Shown here piece by piece: positions 18,501 to 27,750 of a stretch of 64,000 nucleotides of DNA. The stretch is from positions 1 to 64,000 of IMG/VR virus record IMGVR_UViG_3300033148_006102; one strand, 5' to 3'. Below the pieces are notes generated by a model. It did not search any database and was not told where the DNA came from. It was given only the letters and a program-made list of their open reading frames with translations. A program made the position numbers and the translations under genes. Position 1 is the stretch's first letter; each line of letters starts with the position of its first letter. Source of the DNA: a virus.

Positions 18501-18607
18501 CACTAGATAAGATTTTTTGACAAATACAACTTATGTGTCCTTTTGCCTATACTGATTACGTGGCCACGTTGCGGTCAAGAGTGCATATTTTGTGATGCAA
18601 AACGCGT

Positions 18608-20695
18608 ATGACGCTTAAAAATCCTATGAGTGATTTCCCAATTGCCGACGCCCTGCTCAATAAAGAGGCAGAAGGAATGAGCGCGCTCTCTTTGGTGCGT
18701 GAAGATTTGGACGCACAGCAGTACATGCAGGCCGTTGAGAACCTTCGTCAGCGTGAATCTACAACGTTGCAGATGATGCAGCAGAGCGGCGCTGATCCGA
18801 CTATGGCTGGTGGGTATCAAGAGGAATTGGCGCGCACGCGACAGAATTACCTCACGGCTAAGGCGCTTTACGAAGCCAAGGCTATGGGGAAGGACAGTAC
18901 TGTTTCACTGAAAGACGTGAATGAACCTTCGCTAGCTGCATTGGTCAGAATGCCACCTCCCGGACTCGACACCGAGCCACAGAAGGAAGCTCCAATGACG
19001 GCCGCCCCAGGATCACCTGGCGAGGCGGCCAAAGCACAGGTAGACCAAGCGGTAGGTAGCGGAGGCGGTGATGCAGAGGGACCACCCGCTTCCGATTCTC
19101 CACCGGAGGCGTCTCACGAGGACATCGCCGCCTCTCCTTTTGCGCAAGCACTAAGCAGCCCGGACATGGGCGATGCAGATATGGCCTCAGAACCACCAGC
19201 TGAGGCACTACCACCTGAAGCTCCACCAGAAGAGATGCCGCCCGAGGGTATGACACCAGAGGAAGAACTGCCACCGGAGCAGCAATTGCTCGCCGGTAAA
19301 ATGGCAGAACTCGAATGGGATGCGGTTGATACCCTTCTCAAGAAGGTCGGTATGGTTGCGCCTACCGCACAGCTGTCGACGTTGAAGGATATGTGGCCAC
19401 AGCTCGGCCCGAATACGCGGCGCGGCGCGGCTGAGAATATCTTCAGTCAGTATCATCAGCAGGGCAGGCCTATTGAAGAGGTACCGCAAGCGCTGACTAA
19501 TTTTTTGACTCGTGTGAGTCCGATGCCACAGGCATTGTATCCCACGAAGCAGGGAGAAGATGAAATGTTCAATGGCGCACAGGCGATGCTGAAGCGTGCA
19601 AAGGATAAAATCCCTGGTGGTTTGGCTGACAAGAAAGATCCGAATTCTTTCTGTAAGCGGCAGATGCGCATGGGACGCAAAGTCGAAATGGAGCATACCG
19701 ATAGTCCTGCGGTAGCTGACGAAATTTCGCGCGACCATCTTACAGAGTTCCCAACTGATAAACTGCCAAAGGGCGAAGGTTATTATGACGAACTTGATGA
19801 GATGGAAGCGGAAATGAAAGACAAGATGAAAGGTAAAAAAGAAGCTCATGTGTTGTTGAAGCACGCGGCGAAACCTTCAGCAGGTCTTTCCAAGAAGCAG
19901 AAGTCTGACGTTGCGCGTAAAGCCCGAGCCGGCAAAGATATCGGCAAGAAGGGCAAAGGCTTTAAAGCTGTGGCAGAGAAGGCGCGTGCAAGTGGTGCGC
20001 GTGATCCTGATGCTGTTGCCGCGGCTGCGATGTGGAAGAACATCAAACGTGGGACTATAGAAGAATCCCAGATTGAGAAATTCGCGGAAGCGATGTGGGG
20101 CGAGATTTCACAGGATGATCTCGAAGCGCTATATGAGGCAGTGTTACCGGGGCAAGGAAAGACTGCGGCGGCAATCGTTTGGCCGAAAGTTGAGGCATAC
20201 CAGAAGCTCGCAAGTTCCCCAGAGCAGAAAGTTCCAAAGGACAGTGAGCCAAAGGATGGCAAGCAGCCCGCAAAGCCTGAGTCGTCAGCGCCCAAGGCTA
20301 ACTACAACAATAACCAATCCACCAATCCGTATTCCAAGCAGGATCACGGTACGAATTTGTTGCCAGCGAATGTACAGAAGCCCCAAGCTGGGCCGAAGAT
20401 TGATGAAACGCCAGTGTCGGATATCAACAAAAAGTGGGATGAGACCATCGGTGCTGCAGCTGAGGCTGTGAAGAAGGCGTACGCAGATAAGCGCGCGCAG
20501 GCTGGTACGATCGGTACGCAGGGCATGCCCACCTCGCCGGTGCAACCGCAGGGCGGAGGCGTAGGTAAAACTTTAACCTCGCTCGGATTGGGCCAGCCAG
20601 GCGGTCTGATGTTTGGTGCCAAGAACCGAGCAGGCAACATGAATGTTGGTTCAGGTATGCAAGGGATAAACGCAGCTAACTCGCCATCAGTCTAA
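18608..20695 (+). CDS. Modular K-x-A/G protein with a DUF5661-like domain (putative head cargo polyprotein)
   Basis: MGRKVEMEHTDSPAVADEISRDHLTEF...YYDEL; about 10 K-x-A/G motifs between modules. Confidence 0.65.
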   Translation: MTLKNPMSDFPIADALLNKEAEGMSALSLVREDLDAQQYMQAVENLRQRESTTLQMMQQSGADPTMAGGYQEELARTRQNYLTAKALYEAKAMGKDSTVSLKDVNEPSLAALVRMPPPGLDTEPQKEAPMTAAPGSPGEAAKAQVDQAVGSGGGDAEGPPASDSPPEASHEDIAASPFAQALSSPDMGDADMASEPPAEALPPEAPPEEMPPEGMTPEEELPPEQQLLAGKMAELEWDAVDTLLKKVGMVAPTAQLSTLKDMWPQLGPNTRRGAAENIFSQYHQQGRPIEEVPQALTNFLTRVSPMPQALYPTKQGEDEMFNGAQAMLKRAKDKIPGGLADKKDPNSFCKRQMRMGRKVEMEHTDSPAVADEISRDHLTEFPTDKLPKGEGYYDELDEMEAEMKDKMKGKKEAHVLLKHAAKPSAGLSKKQKSDVARKARAGKDIGKKGKGFKAVAEKARASGARDPDAVAAAAMWKNIKRGTIEESQIEKFAEAMWGEISQDDLEALYEAVLPGQGKTAAAIVWPKVEAYQKLASSPEQKVPKDSEPKDGKQPAKPESSAPKANYNNNQSTNPYSKQDHGTNLLPANVQKPQAGPKIDETPVSDINKKWDETIGAAAEAVKKAYADKRAQAGTIGTQGMPTSPVQPQGGGVGKTLTSLGLGQPGGLMFGAKNRAGNMNVGSGMQGINAANSPSV
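20049..20071 (+). repeat. 23-bp dyad site, copy 3 (intragenic)
   Basis: GTGGGACT-ATAGAAG-AATCCCAG. Confidence 0.7.
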
Positions 20696-20740
20696 CTACA
20701 TTGATAGGTGTGAGTTCAGCTTCTTTTGAGGGAGATACGA

Positions 20741-21448
20741 ATGGCAGGTATTACGAATACTTCTGATCTGGCGATTGCTTCGCGCGAAGATGTGCTGGCC
20801 ACGCAGATCATCAATGCGTACAACGGATTGTCTGCGGCAGATCAGACCATTTATGGCCCGATGCTTGAAGCCATCGGCATTGTTGTAGGCAACTATCCAA
20901 AGACAGCGTCTGCACCGCTGCGCAACTTGCAGGTCGGCATGCAACTGCTGCTTGCAAACGCGGATATTGGTGACACTGGTGCGTTTACATACGTAGCTGG
21001 TGGACTGATTGCGAATGGTGCGACAGTCGCAGACTTTACACTCGAGGCAGGCTTCGAGTATGTCCTTGCAATGGCTATTTCCGATGATAGCCCGAATCTC
21101 CTGGCCGCTGCCGACTTTGATGCGATCGGCGACCTGGATGGCCTCGGTAATCAGCTGTTGCTTACCAGCGTGAATGACTTCTCTGCAGCTCCAACTGCAG
21201 CCCTTGACGTGACCTTTGCGCCGACCAATAACGATGGTGCCGGTGTATTGGTATTCCGCAAGGGCGCAACCGACGTCACTGACTTGCTCGGTGGTACAAC
21301 GGTTGTGTTGACACAGTTGACGGGCGCAGGTGACACGTTGACGCTGGATAACGGTGCGGCTGCAAACTCCCTATCGTTGGTTCACGCCGACGGCGGTGGC
21401 ACCGGTAATGGCGGGTACATTCTTGCCCGCAGACCGCTCAGCATGTAA
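20741..21448 (+). CDS. Hypothetical beta-rich protein, probably virion
   Basis: GAGGGAG RBS; A/G/T/D-rich; followed by a terminator. Confidence 0.6.
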   Translation: MAGITNTSDLAIASREDVLATQIINAYNGLSAADQTIYGPMLEAIGIVVGNYPKTASAPLRNLQVGMQLLLANADIGDTGAFTYVAGGLIANGATVADFTLEAGFEYVLAMAISDDSPNLLAAADFDAIGDLDGLGNQLLLTSVNDFSAAPTAALDVTFAPTNNDGAGVLVFRKGATDVTDLLGGTTVVLTQLTGAGDTLTLDNGAAANSLSLVHADGGGTGNGGYILARRPLSM

Positions 21449-21474
21449 ATCGTGTTGAGATAACCATAATACAT

Positions 21475-21509
21475 GGCAAGCCTCTCGGAAGGGGCTTGCC
21501 TTTTCTTTT
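21475..21509 (+). terminator. Intrinsic terminator ending the structural block
   Basis: GGCAAGCC...GGCTTGCC stem followed by TTTTCTTTT. Confidence 0.85.
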
Positions 21510-21645
21510 GCCCTCAGATACGCTCCATTTGGAAGCTGCGTTATTACATCAACAGCCAGATATGTCATCCATCGGTTATATGGTGGAACGCGCGGCTTCC
21601 TTACGGTAGTGGGAGAAGCTATGGATCAGCACAAGTAGTGTCGAC

Positions 21646-22509
21646 TTGCCATATGACGATGGCTGGTTTTGGCACAAATGCAATCATCCGAAGACTTACG
21701 AAGATCTCGTAGAGGTCATCAAGGTAGTGAAGCTCAATGGCGATTTGCGCGCCATTCGCATGCTGGATCGCCACATTTACGCATTAGATGAACCGCCTAG
21801 CGATAACTACCCGGTTGTGCCCACGCACAAGAAGGCAGCCAAGCATACCAGCGCATATGATGACAAAAAGCATCGGCGATGTGCGCATCCAGATGTATGG
21901 GCACCAAGTTTATGTTGTAAACACTGTGCGAATTGGCCATCAACACCAAATGTAAATGAAGAAGGCGCGGATCTTAGGTTATGTTCCATTGACCAAATTA
22001 TACGTAGTGGGGCCACGAAGTGTGATAAACCGGAGTCGTTTGTTATGTGCGGATCCATATTCAAATCGCAGAGTGAGATGAAGCAGGAAGAAGTATGCGG
22101 CAAATGTGGCCGGTACCAGATGAATAGGATGGGTACTGCCTGGGTTTGCTCGTTCGATGGCGAACCTCATCACTTTCAAGATGTTTGTCCGCACGAAGAT
22201 GAATTTGTTCATGGTGATGCCACAAGTCGAACGGCTGGCGACGGATGTGAATGCAAAGAACTGAAGTCTGTGGGCTTAGACCCCAGCTTCATCCCGCTTA
22301 ATGCGACCAAGTTCGAGGAATGGTTTCAGTTGGTTGCTATGGCGAATATGGTCATAGAGCAGCTTGTGCGCGTCGACGACAAGTTGCTCAAGACTGCGCG
22401 CGAGATGCCAGGATTCAGCGCCAAGGCGATAGTGGAAGAGCGTCAGCGCCAGGCCATATTACGTATGTGGCAGCGATGGGGGCGGTGTGCGTTACCAGAT
22501 GGGCGTTGA
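21646..22509 (+). CDS. Cys/His-rich hypothetical protein
   Basis: Multiple CxxC motifs; start uncertain. Confidence 0.55.
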   Translation: MPYDDGWFWHKCNHPKTYEDLVEVIKVVKLNGDLRAIRMLDRHIYALDEPPSDNYPVVPTHKKAAKHTSAYDDKKHRRCAHPDVWAPSLCCKHCANWPSTPNVNEEGADLRLCSIDQIIRSGATKCDKPESFVMCGSIFKSQSEMKQEEVCGKCGRYQMNRMGTAWVCSFDGEPHHFQDVCPHEDEFVHGDATSRTAGDGCECKELKSVGLDPSFIPLNATKFEEWFQLVAMANMVIEQLVRVDDKLLKTAREMPGFSAKAIVEERQRQAILRMWQRWGRCALPDGR

Positions 22510-22690
22510 TTGGGGAGACGGGAAGTCGTACTCGGCGCGGATCGAGGCGGTTCTGAATGATGACTGTGATCATGACTGGGGACCGGCGGAAAAGGATGGT
22601 TATCGTTCCTGTAATAAGTGTGGCGATATTTCGCTCCATCCGGCCATAGTGGAGGCACATCGGGATAAAACGCGGAAGGAGACGATGTGA
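22487..22690 (+). CDS. Small Zn-finger-like protein
   Basis: CDHDW...CNKCG. Confidence 0.45.
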   Translation: MRYQMGVDWGDGKSYSARIEAVLNDDCDHDWGPAEKDGYRSCNKCGDISLHPAIVEAHRDKTRKETM

Positions 22691-23097
22691 ACACATTGAA
22701 GAATAAATCAGATGTCCTTGAGCATGCTGTTGCAGTTCATGCCGGCAAGGCCAAGCGCCTGCCATTGAAGGCATGCTTGCCTGACGCGTACGCATACGTT
22801 CAGGAATTTCGCGACAAGGCCATCGCAGATATCCGCAAACACAAGATTGTGGATATACATATGGAAGAAGAGCTGATACAACAGTCGTATCACGAGCTGG
22901 GATTTCAGCATAAACACATTTGGCGCATGCATAACGAAGACTTAGGTATGTACGTGTGCGCTGTCTGCGGCATGCTGGGTACAGTAACGGAATGTCAGGA
23001 GGCATCCAAGCAGGATGAGTCTGACTACACCGAATGGGAAAAGAAGGTCCTCGAGGAAGAGTACAAGATCCACGAGGGCGCGGAGGAAGAACTATGA
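22687..23097 (+). CDS. Hypothetical protein with Zn ribbon
   Basis: HKHIW...CAVCG; coupled. Confidence 0.55.
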   Translation: MNTLKNKSDVLEHAVAVHAGKAKRLPLKACLPDAYAYVQEFRDKAIADIRKHKIVDIHMEEELIQQSYHELGFQHKHIWRMHNEDLGMYVCAVCGMLGTVTECQEASKQDESDYTEWEKKVLEEEYKIHEGAEEEL

Positions 23098-23306
23098 GCG
23101 AAGTAGCATACAAGCGTGTTGTTGAAGAGATGCGGGAATATTTGGAGCGTCAAAACAGCAATACGGATAAATGGATGCAACAGGAAAAGCCAGGTAGTGT
23201 TGCGTATGCCATGTTGGAAGCGCGATACGAAGGTTTTCAGTTAGCGCTAATGCATCTGCATTTTATCACCGAGATATACGTGACGTTTGGAGAACAAGGA
23301 AAGTAG
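23094..23306 (+). CDS. Hypothetical protein
   Basis: ATGA overlap; RBS. Confidence 0.55.
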   Translation: MSEVAYKRVVEEMREYLERQNSNTDKWMQQEKPGSVAYAMLEARYEGFQLALMHLHFITEIYVTFGEQGK

Positions 23307-23498
23307 TTGAAGAAATTGAAAGAGTCGCCTTTCCGCCAGATCGTGGTCAGTATGCGCAGAGAGCTGGAGATCACGATTGAGGCGATAGATCAGGCAATGA
23401 AAGAGTATGGTCCAAACAACATAGATGTTATCAAGAAACAAGTATACCAGCAGTCGTTGGACATGCTGGATAAGTACATCGACAAGTACCTACCATGA
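23307..23498 (+). CDS. Hypothetical protein
   Basis: TTG start adjacent to the upstream stop. Confidence 0.5.
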   Translation: MKKLKESPFRQIVVSMRRELEITIEAIDQAMKEYGPNNIDVIKKQVYQQSLDMLDKYIDKYLP

Positions 23499-23902
23499 AG
23501 CCTATATTTCAGACATCGTACGGGAAGGGTCAGGGCAATTGTCTGGGTGCGTGCGTCGCATCCATCCTTGAACTCGATGAAATTCCCGAATATCGCAATA
23601 CCTCGTGTCAGCTGGCGGATCTCCATAATTGGCTATTGGAACGCGGCATACATCTGCTACGGATCGATAAGTCGTTGAATCCGGAAGGTGATGGAGATCC
23701 GCATCCTGAGATTGAATGGCCCATTATGTCCGCGATTTCGAATGGCTACTGGATTGCTTCAGGAATATCGCCCCGCGGTATCCTGCATGCCGTAGTCATG
23801 AAGGGCACAGATATGGTGCATGATCCACATCCAGAAGGTGGCGGGATCGCAAGCATAACCAGCATGGAAATATTGATTCCAAACGAAGGGAAAATGCAAT
23901 GA
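23495..23902 (+). CDS. Papain-fold (C39-like) cysteine peptidase-like protein
   Basis: Q...GNCLGACVASIL, LHAVV and VHDP give a Cys-His-Asp order. Confidence 0.5.
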   Translation: MKPIFQTSYGKGQGNCLGACVASILELDEIPEYRNTSCQLADLHNWLLERGIHLLRIDKSLNPEGDGDPHPEIEWPIMSAISNGYWIASGISPRGILHAVVMKGTDMVHDPHPEGGGIASITSMEILIPNEGKMQ

Positions 23903-24312
23903 CGACGAAAGAACCGCGCGATTTGAGCGGCATAAACGGCACATCCATTGTTGGTCAAGGTGAGGGCGAAGAGCCTCAGGTAACCATGCCGTTTAGGGAA
24001 TTCAAGCGGCTGATGGACGAGCGCAACAAATATGAGGTAGATTACCGCGAGAATCGACTGGGTAATAATCACTACAGCCAGGACATCAATCGGCTGAATT
24101 GTCGCGTGACGTATTTGGCGGAGTCGCGGCGTAACATCTGTGCAGGCATGGTTATCGCGATCGCGCTTGCCGCGCTCTTGCTTGGTCTCTTAGTAGGCCA
24201 GTGCACGGCGCCAACGCCCGACATTCCGGTGAAGATAACAATTCAGAAGGATGTGCCGGCGAATGCGGTGGTTGAGCCAGTGGACATACCTGTGAAGGAT
24301 GCTAAGGAATGA
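23899..24312 (+). CDS. Membrane-anchored coiled-coil protein
   Basis: TM segment MVIAIALAALLLGLLVG. Confidence 0.55.
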   Translation: MTTKEPRDLSGINGTSIVGQGEGEEPQVTMPFREFKRLMDERNKYEVDYRENRLGNNHYSQDINRLNCRVTYLAESRRNICAGMVIAIALAALLLGLLVGQCTAPTPDIPVKITIQKDVPANAVVEPVDIPVKDAKE

Positions 24313-24593
24313 AACTGGGGCGATTTAAGTTTCGACTGGGTTTATCTTGGCAGGACATGTGGGTTGGCGTGTATTGGGATACATCAATTCCTGCATTGTT
24401 AATTTGCTTGCTGCCGTGTGTTGTGCTGAAAATCGAGGATACGCGTAGGCGGGAAAAGCGGCTGCGTAAAATCCGAGAGCAAGCCAAAATAGGTGCGTAT
24501 CTTGGTCAATTTGTGGCAAAAGCATTTGTGAATGATACCGAGAAACTTGTACAGAAACTCAAGGATAGGGAAGAGAATGAGGAGATTGAGTAA
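24309..24593 (+). CDS. Hypothetical membrane-associated protein
   Basis: WQDMWVGVYW...LLICLLPCVVL. Confidence 0.55.
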   Translation: MKLGRFKFRLGLSWQDMWVGVYWDTSIPALLICLLPCVVLKIEDTRRREKRLRKIREQAKIGAYLGQFVAKAFVNDTEKLVQKLKDREENEEIE

Positions 24594-24669
24594 TGGGTAA
24601 GTACATAACTCAACGATTCTTCTATAGGAAATGCAAAGTACCAGAGTTAGAAGATGGGGTTATTGACTG

Positions 24670-25158
24670 ATGCCAGGGTACACGCAACCAGCGAAGACAA
24701 CTGAATGGGAAACACCGCCTTCGGTGATGCGCTGGGTGCGCGAGCATTACAATCCTCAGCTGGACGTATGCGCCAAGAAGGGTAACGCACAGTGTGATCG
24801 GTACTTTAATCGTACGACCAATGGGCTGAAACAGCATTGGGGTGTTCAGGATTGTTGGATGAATCCGCCGTACGGCCAATCGCTCAAGAACTGGGTGCGG
24901 AAGGCATACGACGAGTCCGTATCAGGATCCACTGTGATTTGTCTGTTGCCTGTGCGCACAGATGCGCAATGGTGGCACGACTACGTGATGCCGTATGGTG
25001 AGGTATTCTTCATCCGTGGCCGGCTACGGTTTGGCGGCGCTGAGCACAATGCGCCATTCCCGTCAGCGATCGTGGTGTTTTACCCGCAGCACATCCACAG
25101 CCACTATAAGCCGCGTGAGCGCTTTCACAGCATTAGTTTGAAGAAGGCAAAGAAATGA
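24670..25158 (+). CDS. Phage DNA N6-adenine methyltransferase (Dam-type)
   Basis: WETP, LDVCA, WMNPPYG, LLPVRTD, RGRLRF motifs. Confidence 0.9.
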   Translation: MPGYTQPAKTTEWETPPSVMRWVREHYNPQLDVCAKKGNAQCDRYFNRTTNGLKQHWGVQDCWMNPPYGQSLKNWVRKAYDESVSGSTVICLLPVRTDAQWWHDYVMPYGEVFFIRGRLRFGGAEHNAPFPSAIVVFYPQHIHSHYKPRERFHSISLKKAKK

Positions 25159-25343
25159 AGAAGATTTGGTGGTTCATCAAGTGTGCCCTGGGATTTGGCA
25201 CTATCGACGATGGCTCGATCTGTTGGTTCAGCGCGAAATTCTGGGACGTTCACGATTACCACTGGGAGAAGGGCGGTGATGGCCAGCCCTCGCATTTTTA
25301 CACATACGTTTGTCCGGAATGCGACAAACATTTCATGATATAG
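25155..25343 (+). CDS. Small hypothetical protein
   Basis: DVHDY...CPECDK; coupled. Confidence 0.5.
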   Translation: MKKIWWFIKCALGFGTIDDGSICWFSAKFWDVHDYHWEKGGDGQPSHFYTYVCPECDKHFMI

Positions 25344-25397
25344 GAGAAAGGAATGAGCTGAAACGAAGCATATCCAGATACATGGAATGAATTACGT

Positions 25398-25853
25398 TTG
25401 ATGATGTCACCAACCGGTGAGATCCATTGCATACATGATTCGGCACAACAGCCAGGTGTTGATGATCTACCAACATTTGCTCGTCTGATGGCGAGAGTGG
25501 CTGCAGGTGATGCTGGTGACGGTGTAAAAGCCATTGCATATGAGCGCAGACGTCAAATGACCATCAAAGGATTTGATGCTGAGCACGACGATAGTCACGA
25601 AGAGAATGAGTTGGCGCATGCCGTGGGTTCGTCAGAACTGTGCTTGCCGGTAAATACCGAGTCAGCGTACGCAGGTTACATGGAAGTATGGCCTAATGAC
25701 TGGGACGATAAGGGTTACATGGAAGTATGGCCTAATGACTGGGACGATAAGTGGAAGCCTGAGCATAAGGCAAATCGTACACGGCAGCTTGTGATCGCAG
25801 GTGCGTTGATTGCGGCCGAAATCGACAGGATCAATCGCGGATTGAAAGAATGA
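25398..25853 (+). CDS. Conserved phage hypothetical protein (ERxRQ...EHDD...WKP...GALIAAEIDR type)
   Basis: Recognisable family motifs; carries an internal 13-aa duplication. Confidence 0.65.
   Translation: MMMSPTGEIHCIHDSAQQPGVDDLPTFARLMARVAAGDAGDGVKAIAYERRRQMTIKGFDAEHDDSHEENELAHAVGSSELCLPVNTESAYAGYMEVWPNDWDDKGYMEVWPNDWDDKWKPEHKANRTRQLVIAGALIAAEIDRINRGLKE
25674..25751 (+). repeat. Perfect 39-bp tandem duplication
   Basis: GGTTACATGGAAGTATGGCCTAATGACTGGGACGATAAG twice (GYMEVWPNDWDDK x2). Confidence 0.95.
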
Positions 25854-26164
25854 AGATAGTAGCACCTTCGCACTTTGTTCAAGAAGCCGGCGAATTGACG
25901 CCGAAAGTGCTGGACGACATCTGGGCGGCCTTCGCGCACGTCTACGCGCCGCCCTGGGTAGTATACAGCGACATATCGTATTCAAAGACGCAGTCGATCA
26001 TGGAACTGGTCTCGACGTCTCTCAAGCTGCCGATAGCTACGCACGTGCAATCCACGGCGTCAAGGACACAGGAAGAGGCTGAGACAGAAGTCGCCATGAT
26101 CCGTAATTTCCGCGCAATCGAAATGGCATGTAACTGGGCACCATCCATGGTGATGGAGATCTAG
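25850..26164 (+). CDS. Hypothetical protein
   Basis: ATGA overlap. Confidence 0.5.
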   Translation: MKIVAPSHFVQEAGELTPKVLDDIWAAFAHVYAPPWVVYSDISYSKTQSIMELVSTSLKLPIATHVQSTASRTQEEAETEVAMIRNFRAIEMACNWAPSMVMEI

Positions 26165-26195
26165 CGGTTGCGGAAGCGCGTAAAGGAATTGGAAG

Positions 26196-26399
26196 ATGAG
26201 CAAGAGAAGTGAGTGGCTGGCGCGGCGGAGAGGCCGGTGGGTTAAGGCACTGATGTGTCGTGGTGTCCAGTATCCCACAGAGGTTATCGACGGTGTCAGG
26301 TATTACCGTGTAGGCGACAAACTCTTTAACGCACGAGATGTGTTGGAGAGTGATTCAATTCTGGAGGGTGAGGATGTACACGAAGGAACAGATAGCTGA
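26196..26399 (+). CDS. Hypothetical protein
   Basis: GGAAG RBS, 67 aa. Confidence 0.5.
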   Translation: MSKRSEWLARRRGRWVKALMCRGVQYPTEVIDGVRYYRVGDKLFNARDVLESDSILEGEDVHEGTDS

Positions 26400-26547
26400 A
26401 ATCGTTGAAAACGAAGGCCTGGGTTATACCTTCACGCACTACCTCGATCCCAAGCAGATTGAGGACGAGGAATTGCGCGAACTGGGTATCCAGGCACAAA
26501 CTGCACTCCGTAAGATCGAATCGATCTTGGAAGAGTTCATGCCCTGA
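26374..26547 (+). CDS. Hypothetical protein
   Basis: GAGG RBS; MYTKEQIAEIVENEGLGY. Confidence 0.55.
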   Translation: MYTKEQIAEIVENEGLGYTFTHYLDPKQIEDEELRELGIQAQTALRKIESILEEFMP

Positions 26548-26557
26548 AGGGAGAAAG

Positions 26558-26941
26558 ATGAAGAAAGGTAAATGGGTTGCGGCGCTCCTCGCCGTACTGT
26601 GGATAGTCGTGGCCATAGGTGGTGTATTGAGTGGCGCGATGCTGTGTGGTTGCGACGAGGAATCAACCAAGAAGCAGACTTACCACCGGCGTACCGTCGT
26701 GCTGTTCACGCCACCGAAGGCGGATCGCGAGACCATACTGGCACAGCAGGCGTTGGCGATGGAGCTCGCGGCCCTGGAGCTGTTCCCGTTGGACGACAAC
26801 GACGCGCAGGAGAACGAGGCCTTCGTGGTGTTGACGCAGTGCTTCTATGGGCGGTACATCGACGAATTTGACAAGAAGTTCGACGCGGTCCTCGAGCGAT
26901 ACAAGGACCGATGTCATTTTCAGGTGAAGGAAGGAGATTAG
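26558..26941 (+). CDS. Membrane/lipoprotein-like protein
   Basis: MKKGKWVAALLAVLWIVVAIGG...LCGC. Confidence 0.55.
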   Translation: MKKGKWVAALLAVLWIVVAIGGVLSGAMLCGCDEESTKKQTYHRRTVVLFTPPKADRETILAQQALAMELAALELFPLDDNDAQENEAFVVLTQCFYGRYIDEFDKKFDAVLERYKDRCHFQVKEGD

Positions 26942-27208
26942 GTGCAAGCAACAGCAGAACGTAAAGACGCCTGGATGGCGGTAAACATATCGAACCCGGA
27001 CGAGAGCAAGAGGAAGCAGACCTTGTGTCCGCAGGGTGCGCAAATCATGTATGTCATAGATCCCAACGGCGAAGGCGCGGGTAAGTACAAGCGTCGGATC
27101 GTCGCGTATCGTGTCACCATGCCGCGCGCAATGATTTGGCCATGGCACGATGGCACGCTCAAGATATACGTCCAATGGGGGCGATTGGGAATGGTGGAAG
27201 GTGGATAG
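26942..27208 (+). CDS. Hypothetical protein
   Basis: GGAG RBS before GTG. Confidence 0.5.
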   Translation: MQATAERKDAWMAVNISNPDESKRKQTLCPQGAQIMYVIDPNGEGAGKYKRRIVAYRVTMPRAMIWPWHDGTLKIYVQWGRLGMVEGG

Positions 27209-27210
27209 CC

Positions 27211-27750
27211 TTGTCGACATCTAAGATTACACGACCAGATATTGGTGAAATATGGGAGCACGTGACGCTAACGAAGGTGGCCTTAAATGATGCTCAGTTA
27301 TTTGCTGGGGTAAAAGCGTTGCTTGCATACATCAAGGAACTGGAAAAAGAGCGACAAGATATCGCCAAAATTAAGCGAGATCACAAAAAGGAATTACGTG
27401 CGCGACAGGCACGTATAACAGACTACATCTACAGCAATGCGGTCTATGAAGCGCAAGTTATGGCGTTAACACAAGCATTGATTGCAGCGCGACGTGAACG
27501 AAGACCAAATATAAAAGAGCTGGAGGATGCCACGCAAGAAGAGATCAACGCGTTGCCGCTAGATGTACTACATATAGGCAACCGTGCACGTGGTGTGCTT
27601 GATCGTGAACGTGTGCGTTCGGTAGGTGAGCTTTATGAGCGAAATAATTGGCGTGGTGCACATGGTCTCGGAACCAAGTTGTTTCGTGAAATAATATCAG
27701 CGATGGTTGAATTTGAGACCCGGACGCGAAAAGATGAACCACTCGCCTAA
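27211..27750 (+). CDS. Coiled-coil protein with C-terminal RNA polymerase alpha-CTD-like domain
   Basis: LPLDVLHIGNRARGVLDRERVRSVGEL...GLGTKLFREI; start inferred. Confidence 0.6.
   Translation: MSTSKITRPDIGEIWEHVTLTKVALNDAQLFAGVKALLAYIKELEKERQDIAKIKRDHKKELRARQARITDYIYSNAVYEAQVMALTQALIAARRERRPNIKELEDATQEEINALPLDVLHIGNRARGVLDRERVRSVGELYERNNWRGAHGLGTKLFREIISAMVEFETRTRKDEPLA

Noticed and set aside
183-21336. Many minus-strand and nested ORFs in the ORF track over the structural region (and similar ones elsewhere)
   Set aside because: Shadow frames of long, tightly coupled + strand genes; no RBS or protein-like composition
22897-22919. Weak dyad-like matches (22897, 28591, 5043, 25241)
   Set aside because: One arm poor or spacing wrong; within chance expectation
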